A DNA stretch of 64,000 nt. It comes from Pyrinomonadales bacterium (lineage in GTDB: Bacteria > Acidobacteriota > Blastocatellia > Pyrinomonadales > Pyrinomonadaceae). The notes beneath the pieces were generated by a model. That model was not told the DNA's origin. It searched no databases and saw only the letters and a list, made by a program, of their open reading frames with translations. The translations under genes and the position numbers were made by a program. The stretch is taken from the NCBI GenBank assembly GCA_038227175.1, contig JBBRPZ010000011.1:16182-80181 (forward strand), read 5' to 3'. Shown here piece after piece: positions 46,101 to 55,878 of the stretch (position 1 is its first letter; every line of letters starts with the position of its first letter).

Positions 46101-46363
46101 ATCGGTTTCCACGTGCGTCCTGCATCCGTAGTTTTCCAGACACCGCCGTTATTGACGCCAATGTAAAAAACATTCGGTTGCGAAGGTATCCCGACCGCGC
46201 CGACCGTTCGGCCGGCGCGAAACGGGCCGATCATTCGCCAACGCATGCTTTGGTAAAGCGATTGGTCGATCTGCTGTCCGATAGATATTGTCGGGAATGC
46301 AAAAAACACGGCAAGAGCCGCGAGAACGATCCCGCGAAACGCCGAAGCGGTCGAATTGAACAT
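43118..46363 (-). CDS. Sortilin/VPS10-like BNR (Asp-box) repeat protein, secreted (1081 aa)
   Basis: Signal-like N-terminus and many S/T.D.G.TW motifs (TTDAGRTW, STDAGKTW, STDGGKTF, STDGGTTW, ...). It is a paralog of the CDS at 1..2278. Confidence 0.85.
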   Translation of the reverse strand: MFNSTASAFRGIVLAALAVFFAFPTISIGQQIDQSLYQSMRWRMIGPFRAGRTVGAVGIPSQPNVFYIGVNNGGVWKTTDAGRTWKPIFDDQPTGSIGDLAIARSNPNVIYVGCGEGLQRPDLATGDGMYKSTDAGKTWTHLGLREGQQIASIAVDPKNENRLFVAVLGHPYGPNEERGIYRSTDGGKTFERVLYRDQDTGAFQVEFDPKDPNTLYADLWAGRQGPWENGAWQGKESGLFKSTDGGTTWKKLAGGLPTVEQGLGRIGFAISPSNPRRMYATVDANAKSAGIYVSNDAGETWEQTNTDNRIWGRGSDFAEVKVHPNDPNTIFIANTATYKSTDGGKTFIGFKGAPGGDDYHRFWINPANPDIIMIASDQGATISVNGGQTWSSWYNQPTAQFYHVATDDQYPYWVYGGQQESGSAGVSSRGDTGAILAKDWRTVGLEEYGYAAPDPLDPNMIYGGKLTRFDKRTGQVQNIMPEAVRSGKYRFLRTAPVVFSTVDKHALYFAGNVVFKTLDGGQSWAVISPDLSREKWDVPANVGIYATKDMETMPRRGVVYTVAPSYKDADTLWAGTDDGLIHVTRDGGKNWQNVTPPQLKSWAKVSLIDAGRFDANTAYAAINTFRLDDLRPHILRTHDGGKTWKEIVKGLPFGGIVNVVREDPVRKGLLFAGTEQAVYFSTDDGENWQPLRLNMPATSIRDLVIHQDDVVVGTHGRSFWILDDVTNLRQIESGTKAAAAVLFAPETATRVKRSVHTDTPFPPEEPAGQNPPDGAIINYYLKEPAKTPIVLEITDTGGQLVRRYSSDDKPLAVDPNTLRFPTYWLRPPQILKNEVGMQRFVWDLMYPNPPSDGYDLPISAIYKDTPFVPQGPAVMAGKYTVKLTVNGKAYTQSLNVRMDPRLTTPDEDLLKQYILSMVAYRGILAARSATESVKKISDQLAAIKQKAGDASPLAKDITDLQQKLARFGGGGGGRRGGGGGGGAAANSDANFGQLGGTFTSLLNLLQEADVTPTTQTVSAANEAQASFEKSNKAWSEIVATDIPALNAKLKAAKLPAIGEVSLSDSSKPAIRGQDALRPLWP

Positions 46364-46741
46364 AGGGTTTCTCCTGAAAGTGATAATTCAGAAGATTAAC
46401 AGAAAACGGGAGTTGATAGTTATTCCCCGCATGAGTATTAATGTAATTTTTTTTCAGGCGTGGCAAATCTCGCTTTTCTGAAAACCGATCGTCGTCCGCC
46501 GGCGCTAAAAACCCCTCTCGCGGCTCAGTTCGGGGCATCAGCGAGGTGCGGGCCGTATTTTGAAAGCATTACGTGACGGTCAGCAACAGGAAGATAGTCG
46601 TTCGAAGACTCGATATTACGCATTTAATCCGCTTTGGCTGTATCATGAAAGATGATAATAGCAGCGCCGGTGGCATACGGTTCGTTTGAGCAAAACCTTT
46701 CAAATACCGCTATTTCGCCGGACAAAAAAGAGAGTTATTTT

Positions 46742-47632
46742 ATGATCATCAGCGTATCAAAATTATGGACTACGATACTCTCGTCAGCCTTTATCACCTT
46801 GTTATTTTGCGTTGGCTTGTCCGTCGCTAATGGGCAGGTGACCGCTCAGCCCAGCCCGACACCCGGCCCGCGTCGTCCTTTGCCCGAACCTAAAAATCCA
46901 AAACTGCCGACGCTTTTCCTGATCGGCGACTCGACGGTTCGCAACGGGCAAGGCGACGGAGCCGGCGGACAATGGGGTTGGGGTGAGCCGATAGTCGAAT
47001 ATTATGACGCCTCCAAGATAAACGTTGTCAATCGCGCCGTCGGCGGCCTGAGCAGCCGCACCTATCTGACCGGCGGGCACTGGGACCGCGTCCTGGCGAT
47101 GCTCAAGCCGGGCGATTTTGTAATGATGCAGTTCGGCCACAACGACGACGGAGCGGTCAACGACAATTCCCGTGCCCGCGGCACGATCAAAGGCACAGGC
47201 GAGGAAATGCAGGAGATCGACAACATTCTGACCAAACAGCATGAGATCGTGCATTCGTACGGCTGGTATTTACGAAAATTTATCGCCGACGCGAAGGCCA
47301 AGGGTGCGACGCCGATCGTCTGCTCGTTGATCCCGCGAAAGACCTGGAAGGACAGTAAGATCGTTCGCAACACCGCCAATTATCAGAAATGGGCGGCCGA
47401 TGTCGCGAGATCGGAGAAGGTTGACCTGATCGATCTCAACAACATCATTGCCGATCAATACGACGCGATGGGCGAGGAAAAGGTCGAGCCGATGTTCGCC
47501 GACCCACACACGCACACAAGCCTCGTCGGCTCCCAACTAAACGCCGAGAGCGTTATCAAGGGTTTGAAAGCGCTCAAGAAAAATCCGCTCGGCCGATATT
47601 TTTCGACGAAAGGCAAGAGCGTTCACAAGTAG
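46742..47632 (+). CDS. SGNH/GDSL hydrolase (rhamnogalacturonan acetylesterase-like)
   Basis: Block I LFLIGDSTV, GGLSSRTY, and FGHNDD. There is a signal-like N-terminus from ATG 46742. Confidence 0.8.
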   Translation: MIISVSKLWTTILSSAFITLLFCVGLSVANGQVTAQPSPTPGPRRPLPEPKNPKLPTLFLIGDSTVRNGQGDGAGGQWGWGEPIVEYYDASKINVVNRAVGGLSSRTYLTGGHWDRVLAMLKPGDFVMMQFGHNDDGAVNDNSRARGTIKGTGEEMQEIDNILTKQHEIVHSYGWYLRKFIADAKAKGATPIVCSLIPRKTWKDSKIVRNTANYQKWAADVARSEKVDLIDLNNIIADQYDAMGEEKVEPMFADPHTHTSLVGSQLNAESVIKGLKALKKNPLGRYFSTKGKSVHK

Positions 47633-47639
47633 ATCGGCC

Positions 47640-50315
47640 CTATTTCGCGACCCACCCCGGAAGTGTTTGCGGCCGGACGGTCGTCAGGCCGCCGATGATC
47701 TCAACCGGTTTCGATTCGATCTTGACAGTCCCGCTCGTCAGTCCTTTTCTCGTGGCCGTGACCGTGATCGTGCCGGGATTCATCGTTGAGCGGATCGCCA
47801 CTCGATTGATGCCGCATTCAGTGTCGAGAAAAAGGTTGTTTGTCGATTCGAGCTTTGCGGCATTTAGACCACCACGCCAGATCGTAGGCCCGGTCACTGT
47901 GAAATCCACTCTCGCCTCATCGGTCGGCACACGTCGCCCTTTGGCATCGACCACTTCGACGTCAATAAACGCAACGTCGCTCCCGTCCGCCTGCAAGCCC
48001 TGCGGCCCGGCGTGCGGAGTCAGCTTAATGGCTACAGGTTCACCGGCGGTCTCGATCTCCTGTTGGGCGACGATCTTGCCACCCTTAGTCGCAACTGCTT
48101 TTATCGTTCCCGGAGCGAATGCAACGTTTGGAAAAGCGTAGATGAATCCTGTCGAGAGTCCGGCAGTTGGATCGTCCATTTTTACATTCGGATTATCAGC
48201 ATCAACGAAATTTGCCGATTTTGTCTGCACGCCGATCGATTTGCCGTTAACGAAAAGCTCCACCTGATCGCAATGCGAGGCCGCGACATAGATGGTTTTC
48301 TTAGTACCGACGGGATAGGTCCAGTGGCCGATGATCGAGAGGTCCGGCTTTTCGTTTTGCATTACGCGCGAGACATAAAATATGGGCTTAGGCAGGCGCA
48401 CGCCGTCCACCTTGCCGCTGACGCGGAGCACGTAGCTGCCCTGCTGGCGGCCGTCGGCGTCCGAATCGGTGAAGTAGATCGACGAATAGCCCGACCATTT
48501 CGAATGCGCCGGGTCGGTGTTGTCGATCCTGTTGCTGACGTAGGCGTAATACCGTGTCGCGGCAGCCAGGCTGAACGATTCCGAGTTCCAATGCCAAGTA
48601 TCGCCGCCCGGTCCGGGACGGTTATTCGGCCCGGGGACGATCTTGGGTTTGAATCCGAAATGCGGCGGCGAATAGTCGTCCCAGACGTTACGGCCCGCTT
48701 CGTCGCGAAAATCCTCGGTTTCGATCAGCGGAGCCTTATCGCGGCGGGCAATGCTGTAGCCCCGGAAAATATCATCGCCGGCTACTTTATCGGTTCGCGG
48801 GTCCTGGCCGACCATCACGCCGTAGAATTCGGATACCGGCGTCAAGGCCTTGTTTTCAGCTTCGAGATCGTTGTCCCGCGTGCCCATGACGCGGCCGCCG
48901 TGCGGGTCGAGTTCCTTTCGCATGGCGACCATCTGCACCATCTGCTCGGGCGTGACGATCGTGTTGCCGGCTTCCCAAAACAGGACGCTCGGATTGTTCC
49001 GATACGAGATCATCGTTGATCGCATCACCTCGGCCCGCTGTTCCCACTGGCGGCCCGTAACCAATTTCTCTTTATCGCCGGCCGGTGCGACCTGGACGAT
49101 GCCAAGACGGTCGCAAGCCTCGACATCAGCCTTTTGCGGGGCGACGTGCATCCAGCGCATGTAATTGCCGTTGCTCTCACGCAGAATTGAGAGCGTGTAA
49201 TCATGCATCCAGTTCGGATAGGCCCCGCCGAGCCCGGCCCAGTCGTTTGCCGATCGCTGCGAGTAACCGGTTAACCAGACAAACCGGCCATTCAACCAAA
49301 CTCCGCCTTTCCCCGTGCCGCCTTTAAATTCCGTCTTACGAAACCCGGTCGTCGTGTCAACCACATCAACCACCTTGCCGTTGACCGTCAGGATCGAATA
49401 GACATGATAAAGGTAAGGATCGTTGACATCCCAAAAACGGACGTCTTTCAAAGTGCCGGACGCTTTGAATACTTCCGCCTGTCCGGCTACGAGATCTGAG
49501 GTCGTACCATCGAATTTTGCCTTGACGCCCCCGGCCGCGTCGACAACCAACGCCGAAAGCGTGATCGATGCATAATCGCTAGTTTCATTGACAACCTCGG
49601 ATTCGACCTTAATATCGGCTGTCTTTTTTGCTAGATCGATCGCGTCGGCATAGACATAAACGCCTTTCGATTTGAGATTTTCGTAGATCGGCAGTGTTTG
49701 GTAAACCTTGTCGGTTAGGATGAGCGATGCGTTGCGGTTGAGGCCGCCGAAGTTGGGGTTGAAATCTTTCGAGTTCCACCGGAATGCCGTTCCCGTAGCC
49801 TCTTCCTTGTAGTCGGTACTGTTGTCGGCCTTAACGGCAAGGATGTTGTCCTGGCCGCCAAATTTCACGGTTTCCGTAATGTCGAACCCAAATGTTGTGA
49901 CGCCGTTCTCATATTTGCCGATCGGTTTTCCGTTTAGGAAAAAACGTCCGGCCTGTCTCATGCCTTCGAACGCAAGAAAAATCTTTTTCCCGTCCGCATT
50001 TGCGGGCAGCTTAAAATGTTTTCTGTACCACCCGACGCCAAACCGCTTTTCGCCCTGATCCCCGCCCCCGTGACTTATGAACGCTCGATACGTATCTACG
50101 TCGTTCCACGTATGCGGCAGGCTGACGTTCTCCCATTTCGTGTCGTCGAAATCCGTTTTTTCAGCTCCCGGCACGTCGCCAAAGATAAATTTCCAGCCCG
50201 GATCAAAATTGTAAGCGGCACGCGACGAAGCCGGAGGCTGATAGCCCAAGCCGTTCGCGACGCAAAAAACGACAAACGCGGTGATGATTGACGCAGAAAA
50301 AAGCCTTTGTTTCAT
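47640..50315 (-). CDS. Glycoside hydrolase family 2 protein (beta-galactosidase/glucuronidase-like)
   Basis: VSLPHTWN, FLAFEGMRQAGRFFLNGK sugar-binding domain, and the WEAGN catalytic region. It has a signal peptide. Confidence 0.85.
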   Translation of the reverse strand: MKQRLFSASIITAFVVFCVANGLGYQPPASSRAAYNFDPGWKFIFGDVPGAEKTDFDDTKWENVSLPHTWNDVDTYRAFISHGGGDQGEKRFGVGWYRKHFKLPANADGKKIFLAFEGMRQAGRFFLNGKPIGKYENGVTTFGFDITETVKFGGQDNILAVKADNSTDYKEEATGTAFRWNSKDFNPNFGGLNRNASLILTDKVYQTLPIYENLKSKGVYVYADAIDLAKKTADIKVESEVVNETSDYASITLSALVVDAAGGVKAKFDGTTSDLVAGQAEVFKASGTLKDVRFWDVNDPYLYHVYSILTVNGKVVDVVDTTTGFRKTEFKGGTGKGGVWLNGRFVWLTGYSQRSANDWAGLGGAYPNWMHDYTLSILRESNGNYMRWMHVAPQKADVEACDRLGIVQVAPAGDKEKLVTGRQWEQRAEVMRSTMISYRNNPSVLFWEAGNTIVTPEQMVQMVAMRKELDPHGGRVMGTRDNDLEAENKALTPVSEFYGVMVGQDPRTDKVAGDDIFRGYSIARRDKAPLIETEDFRDEAGRNVWDDYSPPHFGFKPKIVPGPNNRPGPGGDTWHWNSESFSLAAATRYYAYVSNRIDNTDPAHSKWSGYSSIYFTDSDADGRQQGSYVLRVSGKVDGVRLPKPIFYVSRVMQNEKPDLSIIGHWTYPVGTKKTIYVAASHCDQVELFVNGKSIGVQTKSANFVDADNPNVKMDDPTAGLSTGFIYAFPNVAFAPGTIKAVATKGGKIVAQQEIETAGEPVAIKLTPHAGPQGLQADGSDVAFIDVEVVDAKGRRVPTDEARVDFTVTGPTIWRGGLNAAKLESTNNLFLDTECGINRVAIRSTMNPGTITVTATRKGLTSGTVKIESKPVEIIGGLTTVRPQTLPGWVAK

Positions 50316-50343
50316 GAGATTTTTACCATTCCTGACAACAATA

Positions 50344-51906
50344 TCAAGTCCAGTAATTTCGGTCTAGTGAGCGATAGTTAATCGCTTCACTGAGGTGTTC
50401 CGGCTGGATGTTTTCGCTGCCTTCGAGATCGGCGATCGTTCGCGAAACTTTCAGGATACGGTCGTGGGCCCTGGCTGAGAGGCCCTGCCTGAGCATCGCC
50501 TTTTCGAGCAACTCTTCGCTCTGATCGTCGAGCGAGCAGAACGCCCGGATCTGCTTTGTCGACATCGACGAATTCGAAAACCCATCACCCGCAAATCTCG
50601 CAAGTTGTACCCCGCGTGCACGAATAACACGGTCGCGGATCACGTCGGAACTGTCACCAGGGGCAACACCTTTGCCGCGCAACTCGTTAAATTTTACGGC
50701 CGGAACATCGATGTGGATATCGATGCGGTCCATCAGTGGGCCGGAAATTTTCCCAACGTACCGCTGGATCTGCATCGGCGAACATTTACACTCGCGCGAA
50801 GAGCCGAAATATCCGCAAGGGCACGGATTCATTGATGCGACCAGCGTAAATGCCGCCGGAAACGTCAGCGAGGTCGCGGCCCGCGAGATCGTCACATCCT
50901 TGTCCTCCATCGGTTGACGGAGGACTTCGAGGACGCTGCGGTCGAATTCAGGCAGTTCGTCGAGGAACAGAACGCCGAGATGGGCGAGCGAAACTTCACC
51001 CGGTTTCGGGATCGAGCCGCCACCGATCAGACCGGCCTGGCTCACGGTGTGATGCGGAGATTTGAACGGCCGCTCAACGATCAACCCGGTGTTGCCCGTA
51101 AGTCCGGCAACCGAATGGATCTTTGTGATTTCGATCGCCTCTTCGAACTCGAGCGGCGGCAGGATCGTTGGCAGACGCTTAGCCAGCATCGTCTTTCCGG
51201 AACCGGGCGGGCCAATAAAAAGAATGTTGTGGCCACCGGCGCTCGCAACCTCCAATGCACGTTTCGCTGTCTGCTGGCCGCGGACCTCGTTAAAATCGAC
51301 CCGGTATTTATTCTTGCGGGATTTCAGTTCTGAAATGTCGAGCTTGAGCGGGGCAACCCGCGTTGGGCGGCCAATTTGTAGATCTTCGGCCAGCCCGGCG
51401 GCTGTGCGAAGGTCGGGGACCGGATAAACATTGACGCCCTCGACAACCGCCGCCTCGGTCGCATTCTCCTCCGGTAAAAGCAGATTTTTTACTCCGGTCT
51501 CGCGGGCTTTGAGAGCTATCGATAACGCCCCGCGCACGGGCCGCACCCGTCCGTCGAGCGACAGTTCGCCAACGCTTAGTGTGTTGTCCAAACTATCGAT
51601 TCCAAGATCGCCCGCCGCACCGAGAATGCCGAGCGCGATTGGCAGATCAAAGGCCGCCCCCTCTTTGCGAACGTCAGCCGGTGCGAGATTTATTGTTGTT
51701 TTATGAAACGGGAAGAAATATTTGCTGTTCGTGATCGCCGCCCGTACACGCTCCCGCGATTCGCGGATCGCCGTGTCCGGCAGCCCGACGATCATAAACG
51801 GCGGCACCGTGTCCACTTCTTTTGGAACGGGTTGCAGATTGACCTCGATGTCGACGATCAATGCGTCGATACCATAAACGGTCGCCGACTGGGATAGGAA
51901 AAGCAT
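50344..51906 (-). CDS. comM: YifB/ComM family Mg-chelatase-like AAA+ ATPase
   Basis: Lon-like N-terminal domain, GPPGSGKTM Walker A, FLDELPEF Walker B, and a C-terminal [15 protein letters not shown]. Confidence 0.9.
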   Translation of the reverse strand: MLFLSQSATVYGIDALIVDIEVNLQPVPKEVDTVPPFMIVGLPDTAIRESRERVRAAITNSKYFFPFHKTTINLAPADVRKEGAAFDLPIALGILGAAGDLGIDSLDNTLSVGELSLDGRVRPVRGALSIALKARETGVKNLLLPEENATEAAVVEGVNVYPVPDLRTAAGLAEDLQIGRPTRVAPLKLDISELKSRKNKYRVDFNEVRGQQTAKRALEVASAGGHNILFIGPPGSGKTMLAKRLPTILPPLEFEEAIEITKIHSVAGLTGNTGLIVERPFKSPHHTVSQAGLIGGGSIPKPGEVSLAHLGVLFLDELPEFDRSVLEVLRQPMEDKDVTISRAATSLTFPAAFTLVASMNPCPCGYFGSSRECKCSPMQIQRYVGKISGPLMDRIDIHIDVPAVKFNELRGKGVAPGDSSDVIRDRVIRARGVQLARFAGDGFSNSSMSTKQIRAFCSLDDQSEELLEKAMLRQGLSARAHDRILKVSRTIADLEGSENIQPEHLSEAINYRSLDRNYWT

Positions 51907-52268
51907 AAAAAACTCGGATCAGGAACTTGGAATATGAGAGATTTTATACCACTCTTTCTGCATCAGCAGCAAATAACTGATCGAACATATTCCGCTCGTC
52001 ATAATTTATAACGTTTAATTCCATTAACGAAACGTACTTATGCTCAAAACCCCGTTCTGCGTTATGTTCTCAGTCGGCATCACCGGTTGTGTGGCAAGCG
52101 AATCGGGCAAACGGCAATGGAATAAAGCCGCGAGCAGCGGGCATTGAACCATCACATGGTTGGGGCGAAAAGCAATATTTTAAGGACGTTGGAATGCTTG
52201 TATGAGTGGAGTTTTAAATCAGCCTGTTTTGATGCTAATGTTTTGTATCAGAATTAATTGAGGAATTG

Positions 52269-52889
52269 ATGAAACAATTTATTACCAATCTGGCTTTATT
52301 TATGGTTTTTGCGATCGCATTTTCGAGTTTTAACGCTTGTAAGACTACACAGCAGACGGCAACAAACGACAATGCCGTCAACGCGCCCGCCAATGCTAAT
52401 ACGGAGAAAACCGATTCAAAATCGTCCGACTATCCGCCGCTGCCGGTGGCAATCGCCGATGCCGATATCGAATTGGTAGACGGTACGGTCACAAAGGTTT
52501 CGGGGCACAAGGGCAAAGTTCTCCTACTCGATCTTTGGGGTATATGGTGCGGGCCGTGCGTTGCCGAAATGCCGCATCTCGCGCAGCTCCAGGCGGCTTA
52601 TGCCGATAAGGGATTTGAGGTTATCGGCCTCAACATCGGCGACCAGGACGGCGGCCCCGAGGATCTTGGCAAGATCAAGGCATTTGCCGAAAAGTTGCAG
52701 ATAAACTATACGATCGGGCGGATCCAGAATACGACGACCGGCCAGTTTTATAGGGTTTCGCGGCAGCAGGCCGTGCCGCAGACATTTCTCGTCGATCGCG
52801 AGGGACATCTCCGCGGAGTATTTGTTGGCGGCGGTCCGAAGGTGTTAAATTCGATCATGGAAACCGTCGAAAAGACGATGAGCGAATGA
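52269..52889 (+). CDS. TlpA-family thiol-disulfide oxidoreductase (thioredoxin fold), lipoprotein-like
   Basis: WGIWCGPC active site, and a signal/lipobox-like N-terminus (FSSFNAC). Confidence 0.8.
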   Translation: MKQFITNLALFMVFAIAFSSFNACKTTQQTATNDNAVNAPANANTEKTDSKSSDYPPLPVAIADADIELVDGTVTKVSGHKGKVLLLDLWGIWCGPCVAEMPHLAQLQAAYADKGFEVIGLNIGDQDGGPEDLGKIKAFAEKLQINYTIGRIQNTTTGQFYRVSRQQAVPQTFLVDREGHLRGVFVGGGPKVLNSIMETVEKTMSE

Positions 52890-52893
52890 CTCT

Positions 52894-52954
52894 GTTCCAG
52901 GTTTAGGATTTTTTTCTTCAACTTGGAACTTTGAACTCGAAACTCGGAACTTTT
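52894..52954. repeat. Hairpin plus ggaact/gaaact word array between the convergent tlpA-like and NFACT genes
   Basis: gttccaggtt (52894-52903) pairs with aacttggaac (52920-52929). The array aacttggaactttgaactcgaaactcggaac encodes the last codons of the NFACT protein. Confidence 0.7.
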
Positions 52955-53862
52955 GGCTCAACGAGGATCGTCTTAAAACTCGCGAGGCTTACCAATCCAG
53001 GAGCCGCGCGCTTCGGCTTATTTACAAACTTCTTAAGCGTATAATGTACCGCAGCTTTCGTCTGCGACCGCCCGCTGCTGTAAAAAGCGGCCAGTTGCGC
53101 CGCTTCGAGCAGCGTCTTGTTGGGAATTTCTTTGCGTCCCGCGTTTCGAATCACAACGTGCGAGCCCGGATAGTCCGCTGCGTGCATCCACGTGTCGAGC
53201 GAGCGGGCGACGCGGAACGTCAGATAATCGTTATCCGTAGCTTTTTTTCCCACTAATATTTCAAATCCATCCGTCGATATAAATCGCCTCGCACCGTTAA
53301 ACTCGATCTCGCGTTTTTTCTTACGGGCAATAGCGATCGGTTTTCGCGGCGGGATGATTAGGGATGTCAGGTACGCTTCGTTTCCTTCGTCGATCGCGAC
53401 TTCAATGAGACCCATTTTTTCGTCTGCGGCAGCGAGTTTTTCCTTGGCCGCGAACATCCGTTCATTAATAACCTGCGTGCCGTTTCGGGCTTTAACGTAA
53501 CGGCGAAAATACCCTTCGGCGACCTCGCTGAGCGGCTTGTTCGATTCGCCTTCGATCTCAATTGTCGGAACTGCTTCGTCGAAATAGTCCGTGACGAGGA
53601 TCACGTCTCCTCTCCGTTCCGCATTATTGACGTTTGCAAGGAGCAGATCACCGTACCGTTTCCAGCGCCCGGGTTCGCCGTGTTTTGTGAGGTCGGCGTT
53701 TAGATTGTTGATGAGTTTTTGGTGTTTTTTGATCTCGCCCGCCGCTCTGCGTCGAACGGTCGATGCCAATTGATCGAACCGGTCGGTGTTTGGAGTTCCA
53801 ACTTTAGTTGGCTTTTTGTCCGGTGAAGACGGAAGTCCGGACCCGGTCTGTTGAATACTCAT
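52918..53862 (-). CDS. NFACT-R (DUF814) RNA-binding domain protein, RqcH C-terminal-half-like
   Basis: DTWMHAADYPGSHVVIRN DUF814 signature preceded by a coiled-coil region. No NFACT-N domain is present. Confidence 0.75.
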   Translation of the reverse strand: MSIQQTGSGLPSSPDKKPTKVGTPNTDRFDQLASTVRRRAAGEIKKHQKLINNLNADLTKHGEPGRWKRYGDLLLANVNNAERRGDVILVTDYFDEAVPTIEIEGESNKPLSEVAEGYFRRYVKARNGTQVINERMFAAKEKLAAADEKMGLIEVAIDEGNEAYLTSLIIPPRKPIAIARKKKREIEFNGARRFISTDGFEILVGKKATDNDYLTFRVARSLDTWMHAADYPGSHVVIRNAGRKEIPNKTLLEAAQLAAFYSSGRSQTKAAVHYTLKKFVNKPKRAAPGLVSLASFKTILVEPKVPSFEFKVPS

Positions 53863-53885
53863 AGCTTCGAGTTTAGATCAGGCGC

Positions 53886-53915
53886 TAAAAAGCCCAAAGT
53901 ATCACAACTTTGGGC
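53886..53915 (-). terminator. Rho-independent terminator after the RDD gene
   Basis: On the minus strand: gcccaaagt tgtgat actttgggc followed by ttttt. Confidence 0.55.
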
Positions 53916-53928
53916 AAACCATGTGTCC

Positions 53929-53995
53929 GTAGCCCGCACGTCAGTAAGGGCCTATCCCCGCTCAGCATACCCTCCCTAACGGTCGCGCTACTGAC
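53929..53995. repeat. Degenerate GTCAGAAC-family element
   Basis: The left part cccgcacgtcagtaagggc resembles 5786-5806 (cccgctacgtcagcggagggc). The right part acggtcgcgctactgac resembles 5847-5863 (acgcaggcggttctgac). Confidence 0.55.
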
Positions 53996-54001
53996 GCCAC
54001 C

Positions 54002-55330
54002 CTAAAACTCGCGAACAACGATCGTACCCGAAAGCAGGTCGTGTATCGCACGTCTTTCTTCGTTAAAGAGAGCGGTGATAAAACCGGCACCGGCAAACAG
54101 GAGCGATATGATGTAAAGCGATGAGCTGATCGCGGCCTGGTGCAAGGTCGGGTATTCGTTTTCGAGAGCGTCGACGATCTCCAGCGAGAACAGCCTCATG
54201 CCCATGGTCTTGCCAAAAAAGCCAACACTGGTCGTCATATAGAGGAACGAGACGATCGCCCATGTGGCCGAAAACGTCAGAATTCCCGACGCCGTCGTCC
54301 AACTGGCACCGGCAAAGGCAAACGGCAAAAGCAGCACCATCGCGGTGAACGCACTGATGATCAGATCAAAAAGCCCGGCCCCAAAACGCATGGAAAACGG
54401 AGCGAGATCGTCGATCTCGTCTTCATAACCGTCCGTCGCTTCCAAGTCGACGATCTCGGTATTTTCAGCCCTGATCCGGATACGGTTGATCTCGGCAAAC
54501 TCGGTCGGACGAGCCCCGGAACCGGCTTTGATAACAATCGGATCATTGATCTCGATGACGTGTTCCCTGATTTCCTCGACGCGCTCGATCCTTTCGGCTA
54601 TCGGCGGCAGTTTGTTTGTGTCTCGCTTTTGCTCGACTGGGGGCGGCGGAACGACGAGCCTTGGCTTTGACGGAGTCATCATCGGAGCCGCAGATCTCGC
54701 CGGTGCGGTGGCCGTCGCGGCACGGCCATTAGGAGCAACCACGTCAAACGGAAACGATCGTGCCGGGGCCGGTCTTGCCGGCGGCATTTTTTTCGGTGCA
54801 TCGGGCTCGGAAAAAGTGTTTCTCGATTCGTTGATCCGCCGCATCGCATTGGCAACGCGCGGATCGGTGATCTGAGCTTCGGAGGCAGGTTCGACATGCT
54901 GAACGATCTCGGCCTTAAGCGCCGCTCCGCCATTTGTCGGATACGACTGGCCCACATGCGTTGACGCCGAGTTTTGCCCGCCTTTGCGCTGCTGGACCGC
55001 ATTCTGCAATTGCAGCCGCCAATCGGGCAACGACGCGCTTTTCGTTTGAAATTCAACGAGCGTGGGGCTTGTTTTGGGAGCTACCAGATCGCAGGTTACC
55101 TGCTGCTTCGCTATGGGCGGAGGTACCCGAGTTGGCAGTCGCATCGCTGGCGGCGGCCCGAAGTGCCGGTTTACCGGAGCCGGCTCGGCTCGGGCCTCGA
55201 TGCGACCCGAAACGACGGGGGTTATTTTTGTCTGAAGATCCTCGCGAACGGTGTCATTCATCATGGCTCCGCAAGTAGGGCAAATTGAAAGGGTCGGTGC
55301 TAAACTCCGATCACATACGGGGCAATTCAT
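54002..55330 (-). CDS. RDD-family membrane protein with N-terminal zinc ribbon
   Basis: CPVC...CPTC at the N-terminus, a Pro-rich linker, and a C-terminal multi-TM RDD domain ending RRAIHDLLSGTIVV. Confidence 0.7.
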   Translation of the reverse strand: MNCPVCDRSLAPTLSICPTCGAMMNDTVREDLQTKITPVVSGRIEARAEPAPVNRHFGPPPAMRLPTRVPPPIAKQQVTCDLVAPKTSPTLVEFQTKSASLPDWRLQLQNAVQQRKGGQNSASTHVGQSYPTNGGAALKAEIVQHVEPASEAQITDPRVANAMRRINESRNTFSEPDAPKKMPPARPAPARSFPFDVVAPNGRAATATAPARSAAPMMTPSKPRLVVPPPPVEQKRDTNKLPPIAERIERVEEIREHVIEINDPIVIKAGSGARPTEFAEINRIRIRAENTEIVDLEATDGYEDEIDDLAPFSMRFGAGLFDLIISAFTAMVLLLPFAFAGASWTTASGILTFSATWAIVSFLYMTTSVGFFGKTMGMRLFSLEIVDALENEYPTLHQAAISSSLYIISLLFAGAGFITALFNEERRAIHDLLSGTIVVREF

Positions 55331-55503
55331 AGGCGTTTGTCGAATGTGCTGAGATTTATGAAGCGAACTTCCAGAAAACTAACCGATAATATCAGGAGTT
55401 ACTTTAAGTAGTCAATAGTAAAGCGCACAAAAGTTTAAACTTTTCGATGTTTTACTAAAATGTTAAGCGCCATGTGGAAAACTATCGCGCCTGTGGAAAT
55501 CTA

Positions 55504-55878
55504 TCAGAGCGGTTGGCGACCTGCAAAACCCGCTTCGGGCTCGTGCCACCACTCGATGCGGTCGTCCTCGCCCAGCTGCCAGCAGAGCAGTATGATTCGT
55601 TCGCCTCGCATACTTGGGAAATCGATCAGGCCGCGCGAATAGTCCTTTAGTTCGATGCCGAGATCGTGGAGCTCGGTCGTCAGTTTGCCGACCGTGTAGA
55701 GTTTACTGACGTAACCGGTGCCGCCCTCCATGCCGCCGCCGAATTCGGATGCACTGGCCGCCGCCCGGGCGGCATCTCGCAGCCCATCGATCGCGGCGTA
55801 GAGAGTCTGGATCGACTGCAGTTTGGGAATAATATCGGGCAGCAGCGCGTTGGCCTCTTCAAGCGTGAACAGTTTCAT
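55504..55878 (-). CDS. DUF2203-like protein
   Basis: MKLFTLEEANALLP start and about 124 aa. It overlaps the NYN gene stop by 4 nt. Confidence 0.55.
   Translation of the reverse strand: MKLFTLEEANALLPDIIPKLQSIQTLYAAIDGLRDAARAAASASEFGGGMEGGTGYVSKLYTVGKLTTELHDLGIELKDYSRGLIDFPSMRGERIILLCWQLGEDDRIEWWHEPEAGFAGRQPL

Noticed and set aside
48012-49019. 335-aa plus-strand ORF
   Set aside because: It is antisense to the GH2 gene and has no recognisable motifs.
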